A stretch of DNA of 64,000 nt. Origin: a virus. Each line of letters starts with the position of its first letter. Position 1 is the first letter of the stretch. A model generated the notes under the pieces. The model was given only the letters and a program-made list of their open reading frames with translations, ran no database searches and had not been told where the DNA came from. The stretch lies in IMG/VR virus record IMGVR_UViG_3300046011_004498, positions 1 to 64,000 of that record, one strand, 5' to 3'. The translations under genes and the position numbers were made by a program. Positions 28,801 to 37,917 of this stretch are shown here, in pieces.

Positions 28801-31800
28801 TCAATCTGTCGATTAAAGATGCGATTGCAAATGGTGTAGCTATTAACAAAACTACGCTTGATGCCATTCAGTCTGGGACACCGTTCTCTGACTTGATGAA
28901 AACGTTCAAAGAACTTACTGAATCATTCAACTTAAGTGTCTTTACTGAAGAAGAATTGAACAGTGTTGTTGAAAATAACACTGCTGATGAATACAATTTA
29001 CCTGATGAACTGACACCTTCTGATTTTGTTGAAGGTCTTATCTTTAGTCTGACAAACAGACTTGATCTTGCATCTAAGCAAGAGCGAGCTCGTCAGGCTA
29101 CGTTGAAGCGTGTTCACCTGTCTTCAGACCACATGGCAGCAATCAATGCTCCTGCGTCTACGGCTGCTGACAATAGCCGTGAAGACCTTGGTGCTTTGAC
29201 TCCTGAAGAGAAGGCAAAACGTCTGAATGAAATCTACGAGGAAGAGCTCGCTAAGATTGAGAATGCACCTGTAGTCAAAGACAACACTTCTGAGAACATC
29301 AGTAGTGCTTTCGACAACTTGCCTAAGCATGAGACTGGAGTTCGTATTACGAACACAGCTCAGCTTACTGAACAATTGAGCAGCCTTAATCTTCCTAGAG
29401 AGCAAGCTACACTCATCAATCGTGCTTTGATCGCTCTGAAGAATGATAACTGGACGGTCGTTATTGGTTCCAAGAGAGCAGCTACAGATTACCTTACAAC
29501 AAGAGGTATCCGTCACACCTTCAAGAAGGGTGACAATGGTATTGCTGCTCCGGGTCAGAAACTGATTGTGGTGGCTAATGGTTCGTCTGAGACTTTGGCT
29601 CACGAGCTTATCCATGCTGCGACCTTTGATAAGGTAGATGCATTCTTCAGTAACCCTGAAGTGCTGGAACCAGCTGTAAGAGCTGCTTTAGAACGTCTGG
29701 TTATTCTACAAAATGAATGGCTTAGTGCCACTTACTTACGCAAAGTGAACGGACCTGACGACACTGTGCTTCATGCAAGAGCAGCTATTGAAGGCTTCTT
29801 GAGAAAGGGAGATCAGTCGTCTGCTTTGAATGAATTCATGGCATGGAACTTGGCTAACCAAGGTCTGATGAATCTGAACTCTAAGATCAAAGTTGAAAGC
29901 AAGCTGGCTCGTATCACCAGAGAGATGGTTTCTCTGCTTAAGCGTATGTTCTCTCTGCCTGACAATAATGATCGTATGGATTGGAACATTCGTTTCAACT
30001 CCTTGATTGTTATTGGCAGCAAGCCACTTACACCCACCCTTCAAGCAGCTAATCGAATTCTTCAGCACTCTACTGGGACTCGTCCTGATCTGGATGACAT
30101 CGCTCAGAAGATGGCTAAACTTGTTGGTCGTGCTGATATCAATCCTGAGCTTATGAAAAAGCTCAAGATTAAACCTAGTGAAATGGCCTTAGCTTATGGT
30201 GAAAATGCAGCCATTATTGCTAAAGCTAATGGCTTTGACATGAGTAACGAAGAACAACGTGCTTTCGTTATGATGGTTGCTGCTTATCATGCGAACCAAA
30301 TTGCTGATCCCACCTTCAACGTTAAAATGAATAACTACTACAGCGAAGTGCTGGAGCAGTTAGACCAAAACGTTATGATGATGGACAGGGATTCTAAAGA
30401 CCCAGCAGAAGCTGCACGCGCTGATATGCGTTACGATATCCTGCGTGGTAAGTTCGATATGGGAGTCGATATGCTTGCTGTGTTTGTGGCCTTAGGCGCT
30501 ACAAACGAGATTGCTCAAACGCTCTTCAGTCGTATTCGCGTCAGAGACAAAAAGCTGTCCTTACAAGGTAACACTGTTGACAGTGTGCTGCGTAAGGATG
30601 GCGCAGCCCTGATCGATAAGCTGATGGATAACTCCTACAGCCTTCGTCCAAATCAGAAGATTGGTGATGAAGTTCTTAAGCTGGCTGTAGCTATGGTTGA
30701 GAAATCTGATCGTGAGCAAGGACTTCTGAACAAAGCTTTCGGTGAAACTGGTAACTTTGTTCGCAAGGCTAACGACAAGCTGGCGGACACCATTTCCTAC
30801 GGCTTAGGGAAGACTGCTGACGCGATCCAACAAGGAATCGATGCCTCGAAGGGTACATCCTTAGAGGGCGTTGTAGGACCCCTTGGAGACGTTCTGAAGC
30901 TGGGTGTCGAAGTCATGGATAAAGCTAGAACGCAGGATGCTGTGTCTAAGCTGACTTCCATGCTTAACAGCAATGATATTCATCCTGAAATCAGAAGCAT
31001 CATTGTAGAACTTATGGGTTCTAATGAAGATAACCAGACTATCTTTGAGCTGATCAAAAAGGGTCGAATGGTTATCGATAAAGTTCGTCAGGCATTCTTG
31101 AAGGGTATGCCTAAGCAAATCAAAGATAAGTTTACCAGAACTCTGACTAAAGAAGAGTGGGCTGCTCAGCACTTTGCTTATGGTCAATCTGACATCTCTG
31201 TTCTGTTGGATCAGAAGATGTCTATTGAAGGTATCATTGATCTGTTTGCTACACCGTCTTCTATTCCTCAGCTTCTGTCTCAGAAGGAAGCTGAAGTTAA
31301 GAGACTGTTTGGTAATCAAGCTAACACTATCCTGAAGGAATCGTATGATCTTGCACAAATGATGGATCGTGGTCGTCCTTCAAATGGATTGGTTAAGCGT
31401 AATGCTCTGGCAATTGCTAACCGCGCAGGTGAAGCGACAGTTGGTACATTTGACATTCTGAGCCCAGAAACCAAGGCAATCGACGGATATGTGTCCTTGT
31501 TGGTTCTGTCTCGTATGCAACCAGATATGATGAACACACTCAGCACTTTAGCTAAGACTGAGCGTGTTGGTATGGAGTATGCATTAGCTCTGGTGGCTCA
31601 AGCTCGCGCACATGAGATGAAGCGTGTTCCTGAGCGTCATAAGTACAATATCAACAAGGGCTATATGCCCACTGAAAAGCTTGGTTCGTTTAAGGCTGTG
31701 CCTTACGATAAAGTTAATGAGTATACCAAGGTTGGGTATAAGATTGTTGGTAGTAGAACTATTGGTGCTGTCGAAGGTCTGTATGATAATGGAAAACAAC

Positions 31801-33401
31801 GTGTTTATGTTGCTACTGATTTAACAGCTCCTGCTGTTAAACAAGGTATCATGCGTACCATTCGTCCTACTGTGTTTGGTTTAGATATTTCTAGCGGTGC
31901 TTCGTATGACAACCCGTCTGCTGGATTGATTACTGACATTACTGCTGTGAGACAAATCACTAAAGCTCTTCAAAAGAAGAGTGATAATGATAAGCTTCTT
32001 TCTCCTCTTTATAATAAAGATGGTGAAATCTATGCTTATGAGAGATTAGTTGATATAGCTGATGTCGAACACAATCTTGAAACTCAACAGAATGTAGCTG
32101 TGTCTGTCGGTATGTGGATGGGTCGTCAACATGAAGAAATTCAAGCACGCATCATTAATGATGTGCTGATTGAGCGTATGGCTAAAATGTATGAGACAGC
32201 GGGTCGTCGTGCACAGACTGACGAGTTTGTTGATCTGAAAGAATTAGCTGCAACTGATCCTGTAATTGCTGATGCTATGTCCTTGATCAATGATCAGGAT
32301 ATGAGGGAAATCTACGCCCGTATGGGCGGTAAGTTCATGGTCAGAAAAGACCTGTACAATAACATTATTGGTTTCCGAACCATGAGCATTGGTGATCTCT
32401 GGACGGGTAACACCACTCTTGAGAAGAATAATAGAGAAGCAGCAGCTAACTTCCTTACAGGTATCTTAGGTCCTGAAGCTTACCGTCGTTTAACTGTCGG
32501 TGAACAAGCTTGGGAAAACCTGATGGGAGATGCACGTACTGCTATCGTTATCAAATCTATGTTGGTTCCAGCATTGAATGCTGCGGCTAACTTCTTTCAG
32601 CTTATGGCTAACGGCATTGGTCCTATTCAGATCGCCATGAAGACGACTGAAATGCTCAGAGAGACTCATTTCTATGCACAAAAGCAGTTAGAGCTTCAGA
32701 GCTTAGAAGTGGATTTGGCTAGAGCACGAGGAGCCAAGCGTCCAGATGAGGTTCGTATTCTGGAAACCAAGATGCGTGTCATTGAAGATATCATCAAGCG
32801 TCTGGCTATCTATCCTCTGATCCAAGCAGGTGAGTTTAACCAGATTACCGAGGGTCTTACTCAAGATGATCTGGAAATGACTAAAGGACGTATGTGGGAT
32901 CGTGTTAGTAAATGGGCTGACAAACTTCCGCCTGCTGTGAAAACTGCTGGACGTTATGCTGTAGTGGCTAAAGATACTGCTCTGTTTGATGGTCTTACAA
33001 GAACTGTTGCCTATACAGACTTTGTTGCTAAGGCAGTTCTCTATGATCATCTGACAAGAGTTGTTAAAAAGACCAAAGCAGAAGCCTTGCTGGCTATTAC
33101 CAACGAGTTTGTAAACTATGACTTACTTGCAGGTAGAGGTCGCACAAAAGCTGAAGCTCTTGGTTTAGTTTGGTTCCCTTCCTTCAAGATTCGTTCGATT
33201 AAAGTTGCTGCTAGTTTGATTAGAAACAACCCGCTTCATACGTTCTTGAGTTCACTGGTTCCGGGTTCTTACGAAGCTGGTACAGTCATGGATGATAATG
33301 GGGTCAATCTCATTCTCGATGGTCGTGCAGATAATGCATTTGGTATCTGGAATGCATGGAGAGGTGCTGCACTTCTTCCTGTTGCTCAGGTAATTAACTA
33401 A
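22827..33401 (+). CDS. Virion-encapsidated RNA polymerase (N4 gp50-like)
   Basis: ~3520 aa; SVNRMQ, motif A YVEADG, motif B RGQLKNPMTITVYGSG, motif C IFDG, HELIH; no Cys seen from MSNERF onward. Confidence 0.96.
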   Translation: MSNERFLSAVPQEAVEPDYYNVGAARYRGNGSLVPNERFQDARTMNADELVAKYGEEQGLQILRARAGGDASFHGDLASTRSGLAPITDTAGSAATALFGGLGGIAALGTGLVNQDAGVGLADIVNENSAWARENQSYALNARRRASAAQANVSSADNQARYEQEREDGEGLATIRRIGRNFVDQSAITVSDGMLVTDSVAQGVGSLAGGGVVSGGLKAIGRQALTRFGAGRSAAVAIAQPRVYDAAVATGRVLDRSRMSLAIGALEGGGAYTGTIDQVMAMSHDELLESSQMYRELIDAGINPARAKARVANRAGQIAAAIQAPIGVATGALVSKFEANPLRAGSFLTGASNVLKETVEEGIQSGSGQFAQNVGIRSAADNEYNLSQGVGEASAEGAIAGAGTAGVFAGPSAVMGTTRDLAQGAADLTRRQIDSLINKGREENNRNSVDAQAEISNVVRAAVAPKVYVPTQTEGIDPIDDEAEFTTYQNDLAALGQQFGFDPQTYEPKTEAEARLLGSIPAEEASNIIDVMQAAANRMAEQDATPEERLELALFIHEQQNRITPENLEAVRALQAKVTPGGAIANDLKTIITAQAAITDNILFKDSLEAALKSVPPIKVEDVEDISTPEGQRAARTGALQTMLFPETVPQEVLDRLFKHSENDDAGEIFTPQQKVALRTEAMLSKTLQASTAAAEVLGVKPPEASRVAFEIQSADAQEAGSAGPSVRAHTEGVNRLKAMGDTAGAAEMLAEFGNFAQHMANKLAAVNESFVGRTEKNYNPEVFYQAYNRKTKEWYTPKKGWTVARFGKNLKSIVDSQQIGIDAEYTIDSYNQLVAENPELGLKPVEAIRMDSGLKKIADQVFKDAKKADFDEKNPDIVAKRSESTTIETKQQNNTTDTKSTEKKVEPVVEPDIKPSVVVDDLKNESIPTLVALLKEVQELKDEVKFERVASELRVRKLEAEAAKNAAQVQAAEVVAEPKAEPEVQATEEAAPVEKKTTSIKEEFPDLIQSTSGENLLLDGFSLDGESQTRLVGEGAIALEDVIAAVTNSDAFAEITEEPEAKLSGDVTRAYSKVMGAIRLPIYTRLMARFAGRRLKKNEKIFTPVMDGRTPLDKSDPLGIANTEARLLSLMERKEDGSLNYNDKILTAGLLALADWLAQNSVTSPHRDADSVARSLNLTRQPMLVDEELVNAFNKGTNITIAQRSLANKIERYLGLKANADVPIGLSHGVTLGFAAELLRAAVEAKFVQTESVYKSDEFNFVFVNVNTDELGLAKYGQEGPNFKGQTRLIERIVTNDERAVGFALKPSGFAKKKQKGGNAVTTPEQMDTEVRENAVGHGLNMPVYERYARLGPDGMLRLFGNGVLPPTMNKNTRLSKESQNTSVKGAFQTILGLIDQMQTAVSTATSAAELKDIRVYYEYIFTSVNRMQQQAAYGNQSSKMVREVLTPNGNVVDLSSTDTADYQMWRRGLAQALGIKVELQFDSVWDANLEKILQSEETQKAVSMLQNYTNVEPNALIDAVKDVFRNKNNPLIDPEVPEVGFHALVSYADYLTAKANGTASAFTTHIYVEADGKVDGATNSLFYMRLGGFDLEMIEALTRGGFDFSKTPISLAQTYEPNAEGVVPGDAYQVSGVRTGVYMQETIQNVISKANDSAQKSKLINQVEAMNIVMTTLLGSKEFRYKRDGEQWNFEIGRGQLKNPMTITVYGSGVKGIADKVAKELAGKLYEEISRANALAVQNKQPDNWATFMFYDGGKFTESATKSVTFWKALDVLTSASVRSFTDDGGQQKYYTKKMDEARAPGTSTSAVQYTLKAQTLELLSDTIRQFYVRPMVDAINKEMGSSIDGSKLIQESTNLLSSLARAAFDRLIAVEMQKIKNKSDGLSPNQIKTIMSKVAFLLPYIEGDEININVKGLEMSPINVIDPKTGKPSRIPYASTMNGPIFTQLEIPTPQIAGVAGGSYLNIAYGDGRMIIKASPGLIGGRLMIFDGINLSIKDAIANGVAINKTTLDAIQSGTPFSDLMKTFKELTESFNLSVFTEEELNSVVENNTADEYNLPDELTPSDFVEGLIFSLTNRLDLASKQERARQATLKRVHLSSDHMAAINAPASTAADNSREDLGALTPEEKAKRLNEIYEEELAKIENAPVVKDNTSENISSAFDNLPKHETGVRITNTAQLTEQLSSLNLPREQATLINRALIALKNDNWTVVIGSKRAATDYLTTRGIRHTFKKGDNGIAAPGQKLIVVANGSSETLAHELIHAATFDKVDAFFSNPEVLEPAVRAALERLVILQNEWLSATYLRKVNGPDDTVLHARAAIEGFLRKGDQSSALNEFMAWNLANQGLMNLNSKIKVESKLARITREMVSLLKRMFSLPDNNDRMDWNIRFNSLIVIGSKPLTPTLQAANRILQHSTGTRPDLDDIAQKMAKLVGRADINPELMKKLKIKPSEMALAYGENAAIIAKANGFDMSNEEQRAFVMMVAAYHANQIADPTFNVKMNNYYSEVLEQLDQNVMMMDRDSKDPAEAARADMRYDILRGKFDMGVDMLAVFVALGATNEIAQTLFSRIRVRDKKLSLQGNTVDSVLRKDGAALIDKLMDNSYSLRPNQKIGDEVLKLAVAMVEKSDREQGLLNKAFGETGNFVRKANDKLADTISYGLGKTADAIQQGIDASKGTSLEGVVGPLGDVLKLGVEVMDKARTQDAVSKLTSMLNSNDIHPEIRSIIVELMGSNEDNQTIFELIKKGRMVIDKVRQAFLKGMPKQIKDKFTRTLTKEEWAAQHFAYGQSDISVLLDQKMSIEGIIDLFATPSSIPQLLSQKEAEVKRLFGNQANTILKESYDLAQMMDRGRPSNGLVKRNALAIANRAGEATVGTFDILSPETKAIDGYVSLLVLSRMQPDMMNTLSTLAKTERVGMEYALALVAQARAHEMKRVPERHKYNINKGYMPTEKLGSFKAVPYDKVNEYTKVGYKIVGSRTIGAVEGLYDNGKQRVYVATDLTAPAVKQGIMRTIRPTVFGLDISSGASYDNPSAGLITDITAVRQITKALQKKSDNDKLLSPLYNKDGEIYAYERLVDIADVEHNLETQQNVAVSVGMWMGRQHEEIQARIINDVLIERMAKMYETAGRRAQTDEFVDLKELAATDPVIADAMSLINDQDMREIYARMGGKFMVRKDLYNNIIGFRTMSIGDLWTGNTTLEKNNREAAANFLTGILGPEAYRRLTVGEQAWENLMGDARTAIVIKSMLVPALNAAANFFQLMANGIGPIQIAMKTTEMLRETHFYAQKQLELQSLEVDLARARGAKRPDEVRILETKMRVIEDIIKRLAIYPLIQAGEFNQITEGLTQDDLEMTKGRMWDRVSKWADKLPPAVKTAGRYAVVAKDTALFDGLTRTVAYTDFVAKAVLYDHLTRVVKKTKAEALLAITNEFVNYDLLAGRGRTKAEALGLVWFPSFKIRSIKVAASLIRNNPLHTFLSSLVPGSYEAGTVMDDNGVNLILDGRADNAFGIWNAWRGAALLPVAQVIN

Positions 33402-33411
33402 TTAAAAAACT

Positions 33412-33440
33412 AAAGGCCCCTCATTAAGAGGGGCCTTTTT
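33412..33440. terminator. Bidirectional terminator between convergent genes
   Basis: AAAGGCCCCTC/GAGGGGCCTTT. Confidence 0.85.
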
Positions 33441-33897
33441 AATCTATGTAATAGGTTACCAATTTTTTGTTTTTCTTTGTTTTAATTGGATGTCCTAACT
33501 TCTTAAGTTCGGAAACAATGATGTAAAGTCTTCGTTGAGTTGTGGTTACTTTTTGAAAATCTGTAGCTTTTAATCCACCATTACGCATAGCTGTAAGCAC
33601 TTTATCCTTAACAGGATTAGCCCTAGTAGGGGGAGGTCGATCTCCGGGCTTAGTGGGTGGCAGCTTAAGAAGACGGTCAATGCCTTGTTGAGTAATAGTA
33701 AAGACTGCTTCTTTCTTGTTTTCTTGGGTTAATGTAGCTAAGCCCATGGCTATATTTAAAGAGTTAGCAACACGAACAGAGGTCGGTTTGTTGTTTAGCA
33801 AAGCAGCTAATTCTTCATTGGTTCTAGGACCAACGGCGTACAGCATCATTAAAATACGATTATGCAGAAGATATAGGTTGGTCGTTGGATGCTTCAT
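33439..33897 (-). CDS. Putative winged-helix DNA-binding protein
   Basis: GPRTNEELAALL...FTITQQG pattern, very basic; start likely MKHPTT. Confidence 0.6.
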   Translation of the reverse strand: MKHPTTNLYLLHNRILMMLYAVGPRTNEELAALLNNKPTSVRVANSLNIAMGLATLTQENKKEAVFTITQQGIDRLLKLPPTKPGDRPPPTRANPVKDKVLTAMRNGGLKATDFQKVTTTQRRLYIIVSELKKLGHPIKTKKNKKLVTYYID

Positions 33898-33988
33898 TAC
33901 GTTGACTTTCAGTCGAATATGCTTTGTATACGTGAACACTTTGAGCGTCACATTGGAGGGGTCTGTGCCCACACCATATCTTAAGGAA

Positions 33989-34333
33989 ATGGCACTCATT
34001 TCTCGTAACAATGAAGCTATTTCCAAAGTAATTTTGCTTACAAAGCTGGTAGATGGTGTTCGTGTTCCTGTTGATTTGAACGGTAGAACCTTCTTCTCAC
34101 AAGCAAGATACGGTAAAAACACCCTGAGTGATCTGATCTGCAACATTAACGTTGCTATCTATGGTGATCCTCTTGATGGAAAGATTCTCCTTTCAGTAGA
34201 TGAAAACGTAATGTTGAATCTTAGTCCGCTGAAAGGACATTACGATATCGTTACTCGGACTGGTTCTGGTCCTAGAGACAACATTTTTGTAGCCCCCTTC
34301 ATTGTTGAAGGTGGGGTCAGCAATTGGGATTAA
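33989..34333 (+). CDS. Small tail-fibre adaptor (BppU-N-like) protein
   Basis: VDLNG.TF.SQAR...G.I.LS...YDI...G pattern, AAGGA SD, directly before a fibre gene. Confidence 0.55.
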   Translation: MALISRNNEAISKVILLTKLVDGVRVPVDLNGRTFFSQARYGKNTLSDLICNINVAIYGDPLDGKILLSVDENVMLNLSPLKGHYDIVTRTGSGPRDNIFVAPFIVEGGVSNWD

Positions 34334-34339
34334 GTTGAT

Positions 34340-36295
34340 ATGGCTGAAGAGATTGAAGTTGTCTTTCTGAATGAAGGACTTCCCGGCCCTCAAGGCTACG
34401 CAGCTGAAGATGTACTTGAAGCTGGCGCTGAACAGGTTGCTGCTATCAACGCACTGGCTGCCAGCAAGACAGCTTTGCTGAACAGCACAGCTACTAACGC
34501 TATTGTAGATTTTAACAGTCAAGCTGACATTAAGATCGAAGACCTCAATGCAATGTCGTTGGCTCTTGAAACAGCCATCAATGATGCAAATGATACTATT
34601 GCAGCTGCACAGAGTGTTGTTGATGATGCAGCAGCTCAAGTTGTCTTGGCCGAAGCTCAGGTAGCTTTAGCTGAAGATCAGGTTGCCTTAGCAGCTGCAC
34701 AAGTTGTTCTAGCTGAAGCTCAAAATGCGTTGGCAACTGCCAGCAGAATTCTTGCAGAAACAGCCAGAGATGCGGCTATCTCAGCTTATAACTCTGCTCA
34801 ATTAGCCAGCTTAACTTCAGGATATTATCCTGATAGCCGTTCCTTGCTTCCTCGTGGTGTAGCTTTTGGTGCTGTAACGGGAGGTTCTGGTTATACTAAC
34901 GGCGGTCCTTATGATCTCCAGTGGTCTGGCGGTAACATGGAAGCTACGCCTACAGGAACCTTTATGGTTTCTGGTGGAGCTATCAGTTCTGTTACGATGA
35001 CCTCACCGGGTCGTAAGATTGGTACAGCTGCACATACTCTGCCTACTGCTTCGTTCGCAGCTGCTGGCGGTGGTACTGGTGGTGCATTGGCTCTGACCAG
35101 TGTTTCGTTGATTGCTTCAGGTCAATACTACTGGACAGATCACGCAACTGATTCCAGCTTAATGATTCTCTACAGCAATGTTCCTGTCTCTGGTGTGCCT
35201 ACAGCAACATCACAGCTGACAACACTTTCCAAGACAGGCTCTGCCAGTCTGATTGCTCTGACCACCCCAACAGGTACTGCAAATGCTTTAGTAAGCAGTG
35301 CATCAGTAGGTACTCCTGTTGTCTCTGGTGGTGACAATCAGCTTATCCTTCTGCCTATTGTTACGACAAATACGGGTGCTGTAACTCTTACAGTTCCGGG
35401 TATTGGTGGGGGTATCGCTCGTCCTATTAGAGCTACTTCTGGTATGTCTCTTCTGGCAAACTCCCTTATTGGTGGGCAGTTTGCTCTGTTAAAATATGTC
35501 ACTGCAGCTGGTGTGTATTTCCTGATCTATCCGAATAACTTGAGCCAAAATGGTAGGTTTGCTCATGTATTTAGAACAGTTGCTACAACTACTAATGCTA
35601 TTGTTACACAAACCCAGTATCAAAACCTTTTAGCGTACAACATCAATGATTTGTACATGTGTCCTATGGCTGAGGCTAACACCTCAGGTACAGTGACAAT
35701 GGCTATTGATGGTGTTGGTTCTATACCTTTGATGAGTGCTACAGCCGATCTCTTGCCTGTTCCGGCTTGGGGTGCAAATAGCACTATCTTCTTCCGTTAT
35801 AGACCAGACATTAATAAGTTTATTCTGGCTTTTACTAACTATACAGTTAGCCCTAGTGATCCAATCTTACCTGCGAAAACGCCGTCTTATCATGTAGTAG
35901 GAACTACAGTTGATGGTGATGGTTCTGACAATAAACTGCTTGTTACTCCGTTAACGCCTCTGCCAAACAATACGTTTGCAGATACTCAACTTCATGTTCG
36001 TTTCCCATCTGATCGACCTGCTGAAGGCGGAATGTTGATCAAGATTGTTGGGTTCAATGATGCTGAGTATTATCAACTGAGAGACAGTAATGCGGTTGAT
36101 CAAGTAGCTGCTAATCGTTGGAAAGCAGGAGACACTGGAGTAATCGCTCGTGATCCTGTTACTACGTACATGTATTTGGTTCGGGTTGATCTTAGAACAC
36201 CGGCTGAAGTGGTAGAAACAGTATCTACAAGCATCACTGAATTCTACACTTCTATGAATAGCCGCATTTATATGCTTTCGAGCTTTGGTAAGTAA
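34340..36295 (+). CDS. Tail fibre / receptor-binding protein 1
   Basis: GLPGPQG, Ala-rich coiled coil with AQVVLAE repeats, repeated NTG.VT...G beta domains. Confidence 0.7.
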   Translation: MAEEIEVVFLNEGLPGPQGYAAEDVLEAGAEQVAAINALAASKTALLNSTATNAIVDFNSQADIKIEDLNAMSLALETAINDANDTIAAAQSVVDDAAAQVVLAEAQVALAEDQVALAAAQVVLAEAQNALATASRILAETARDAAISAYNSAQLASLTSGYYPDSRSLLPRGVAFGAVTGGSGYTNGGPYDLQWSGGNMEATPTGTFMVSGGAISSVTMTSPGRKIGTAAHTLPTASFAAAGGGTGGALALTSVSLIASGQYYWTDHATDSSLMILYSNVPVSGVPTATSQLTTLSKTGSASLIALTTPTGTANALVSSASVGTPVVSGGDNQLILLPIVTTNTGAVTLTVPGIGGGIARPIRATSGMSLLANSLIGGQFALLKYVTAAGVYFLIYPNNLSQNGRFAHVFRTVATTTNAIVTQTQYQNLLAYNINDLYMCPMAEANTSGTVTMAIDGVGSIPLMSATADLLPVPAWGANSTIFFRYRPDINKFILAFTNYTVSPSDPILPAKTPSYHVVGTTVDGDGSDNKLLVTPLTPLPNNTFADTQLHVRFPSDRPAEGGMLIKIVGFNDAEYYQLRDSNAVDQVAANRWKAGDTGVIARDPVTTYMYLVRVDLRTPAEVVETVSTSITEFYTSMNSRIYMLSSFGK

Positions 36296-36304
36296 GGAAA
36301 AGAC

Positions 36305-37369
36305 ATGGCTCTTGTTGAACATTGGCGTACAGATTTTAATACTGACGCAAAAGTACAGAAGTTTTTCTACTCTCCGTATCCGGGTGGGTTATCAGCTATT
36401 GTCCATCCTCGCAGAGTTGTGACTGCTGATGATGCTGTGTCTTGTATTGAGATCAATATCGGTAACGAAGTTCCTGATAAAGAATACTTCAGCACACCTT
36501 GGGTGGGTGGTCTTGGGCAAGATGCCTATGACAAGATGGTAGCTGACATTGGTACTCGTACAGCAGGACAAGTCCTGTACTGCTACAGCAATGACAACAC
36601 TAAGCATGGTCGCTATGTGGTTCAAGCAGGTCCGAGCTTAGGTGCTCGTACCGGCAGTGTTTCTCCGAAAATGGTTGATGATGAGAACCATAGACGGATC
36701 ACACAGATCAGACTGCTGCTTCAATCGTACTCTGCTCATGGGGATGCATTTGCTCCCCCTGCTCTGGGGTATCCTGACTTCTCGGCGCTGAATGCCAGCA
36801 TCGGTAGACCGGCCACGGATGACCTGTCGGGTTGGGTCATGCGTTGGCGTATGAGAGCCCAGAACATGTCGATGGGTCGTAAGACCAAGATCGCTCAACA
36901 CTTCCAAACTCGTATTCCTGGTGCTCCTCGCATCGGTACTTACGACTGGGGTGCTGATCCTCTTGGTGATGGTTCTGTGGCTTTCGTGAACGCATTCAAC
37001 CAAGCTACCTGCATCAGTGATGAACTGGGTTTTGGTGGCGGTGGTCTGTATGCTGCAAATACGACTGAGTATGTGGCAGACAGTGGTTGGGTGGATATTG
37101 ATATTCCCCTCGAACCACTGTGGTCTCATTGGCTCATGATGGGTGGTGGCACCAATAAAGACGGTCATGAAGGTGCAGCTTATACGCATCCTCTCCGTTA
37201 TGTTGTCAGCAATCCAGCTGTATGGGTCAAAAACTGGACAGGTAATGCTTACCTTTGTGAAGCACAGTTTAACCCTGATTCAAGTGTTGATCTTCCTGTA
37301 ATTCCTAACGAAGAGAGTGTTAAAGGTCGCTTGTTAGTGTCTGCTCTTTCATTCTTACGCGCTGCTTAA
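36305..37369 (+). CDS. Hypothetical protein, probably fibre-associated
   Basis: Trp/Gly-rich, co-transcribed with the fibre gene. Confidence 0.55.
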   Translation: MALVEHWRTDFNTDAKVQKFFYSPYPGGLSAIVHPRRVVTADDAVSCIEINIGNEVPDKEYFSTPWVGGLGQDAYDKMVADIGTRTAGQVLYCYSNDNTKHGRYVVQAGPSLGARTGSVSPKMVDDENHRRITQIRLLLQSYSAHGDAFAPPALGYPDFSALNASIGRPATDDLSGWVMRWRMRAQNMSMGRKTKIAQHFQTRIPGAPRIGTYDWGADPLGDGSVAFVNAFNQATCISDELGFGGGGLYAANTTEYVADSGWVDIDIPLEPLWSHWLMMGGGTNKDGHEGAAYTHPLRYVVSNPAVWVKNWTGNAYLCEAQFNPDSSVDLPVIPNEESVKGRLLVSALSFLRAA

Positions 37370-37397
37370 CCTCTGTAAGAATCTAATACAGATAAAG

Positions 37398-37429
37398 AGA
37401 AGGCCCTCTGATAGCTCAGAGGGCCTTCT
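37398..37429. terminator. Bidirectional terminator at the late/middle convergence
   Basis: AGAAGGCCCTCTG/CAGAGGGCCTTCT. Confidence 0.85.
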
Positions 37430-37430
37430 T

Positions 37431-37625
37431 CTATTTATGTTCAGGCATTAGCCACGGAGTTTTGATATGTTCTTGAACATCTACAAGATGTCTTGTGTGT
37501 ATATGTCCCATAGCTTTATCAAGTAGATCGCTTAAAAGCTGTTCAGCTTTACGGGCTCGAAGCAAATATCGAGTATTAGCTTCAAGAAGTTCTTCTACCC
37601 TAGCCGAGGTATTTGGCGAGGTCAT
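37431..37625 (-). CDS. Hypothetical protein
   Basis: ORF with GGAGG SD. Confidence 0.65.
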   Translation of the reverse strand: MTSPNTSARVEELLEANTRYLLRARKAEQLLSDLLDKAMGHIHTRHLVDVQEHIKTPWLMPEHK

Positions 37626-37917
37626 CGTATCCTCCTATATGTTTAGGTCCTAAGAAGATTTGTGGAACAGTCTTCCAAGAACCAATACGACCAATCAATT
37701 GATCAAAACGTTCTTCACTGTCGTCTATGTTGTAATAACGGAAAGGTATCTTTCTTTCATTACAAAGTAAAATAGCCTTGGCACAGTAAGTACAACCATT
37801 ACCACCAAATATCTCAATATGTGTTGGTAATTCAGGTTCTTCTTCATTGATATAACGATCAGACCAGCTATCATCAGCTGCTTGAGCAGCTGCATCAGTG
37901 TTATCACGGCGCAACAA
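37600..37917 (-). CDS. grx: Glutaredoxin
   Basis: CTYC, KTVPQIF, HIGGYDDL; likely TTG start after AGGAG. Confidence 0.88.
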   Translation of the reverse strand: MLRRDNTDAAAQAADDSWSDRYINEEEPELPTHIEIFGGNGCTYCAKAILLCNERKIPFRYYNIDDSEERFDQLIGRIGSWKTVPQIFLGPKHIGGYDDLAKYLG

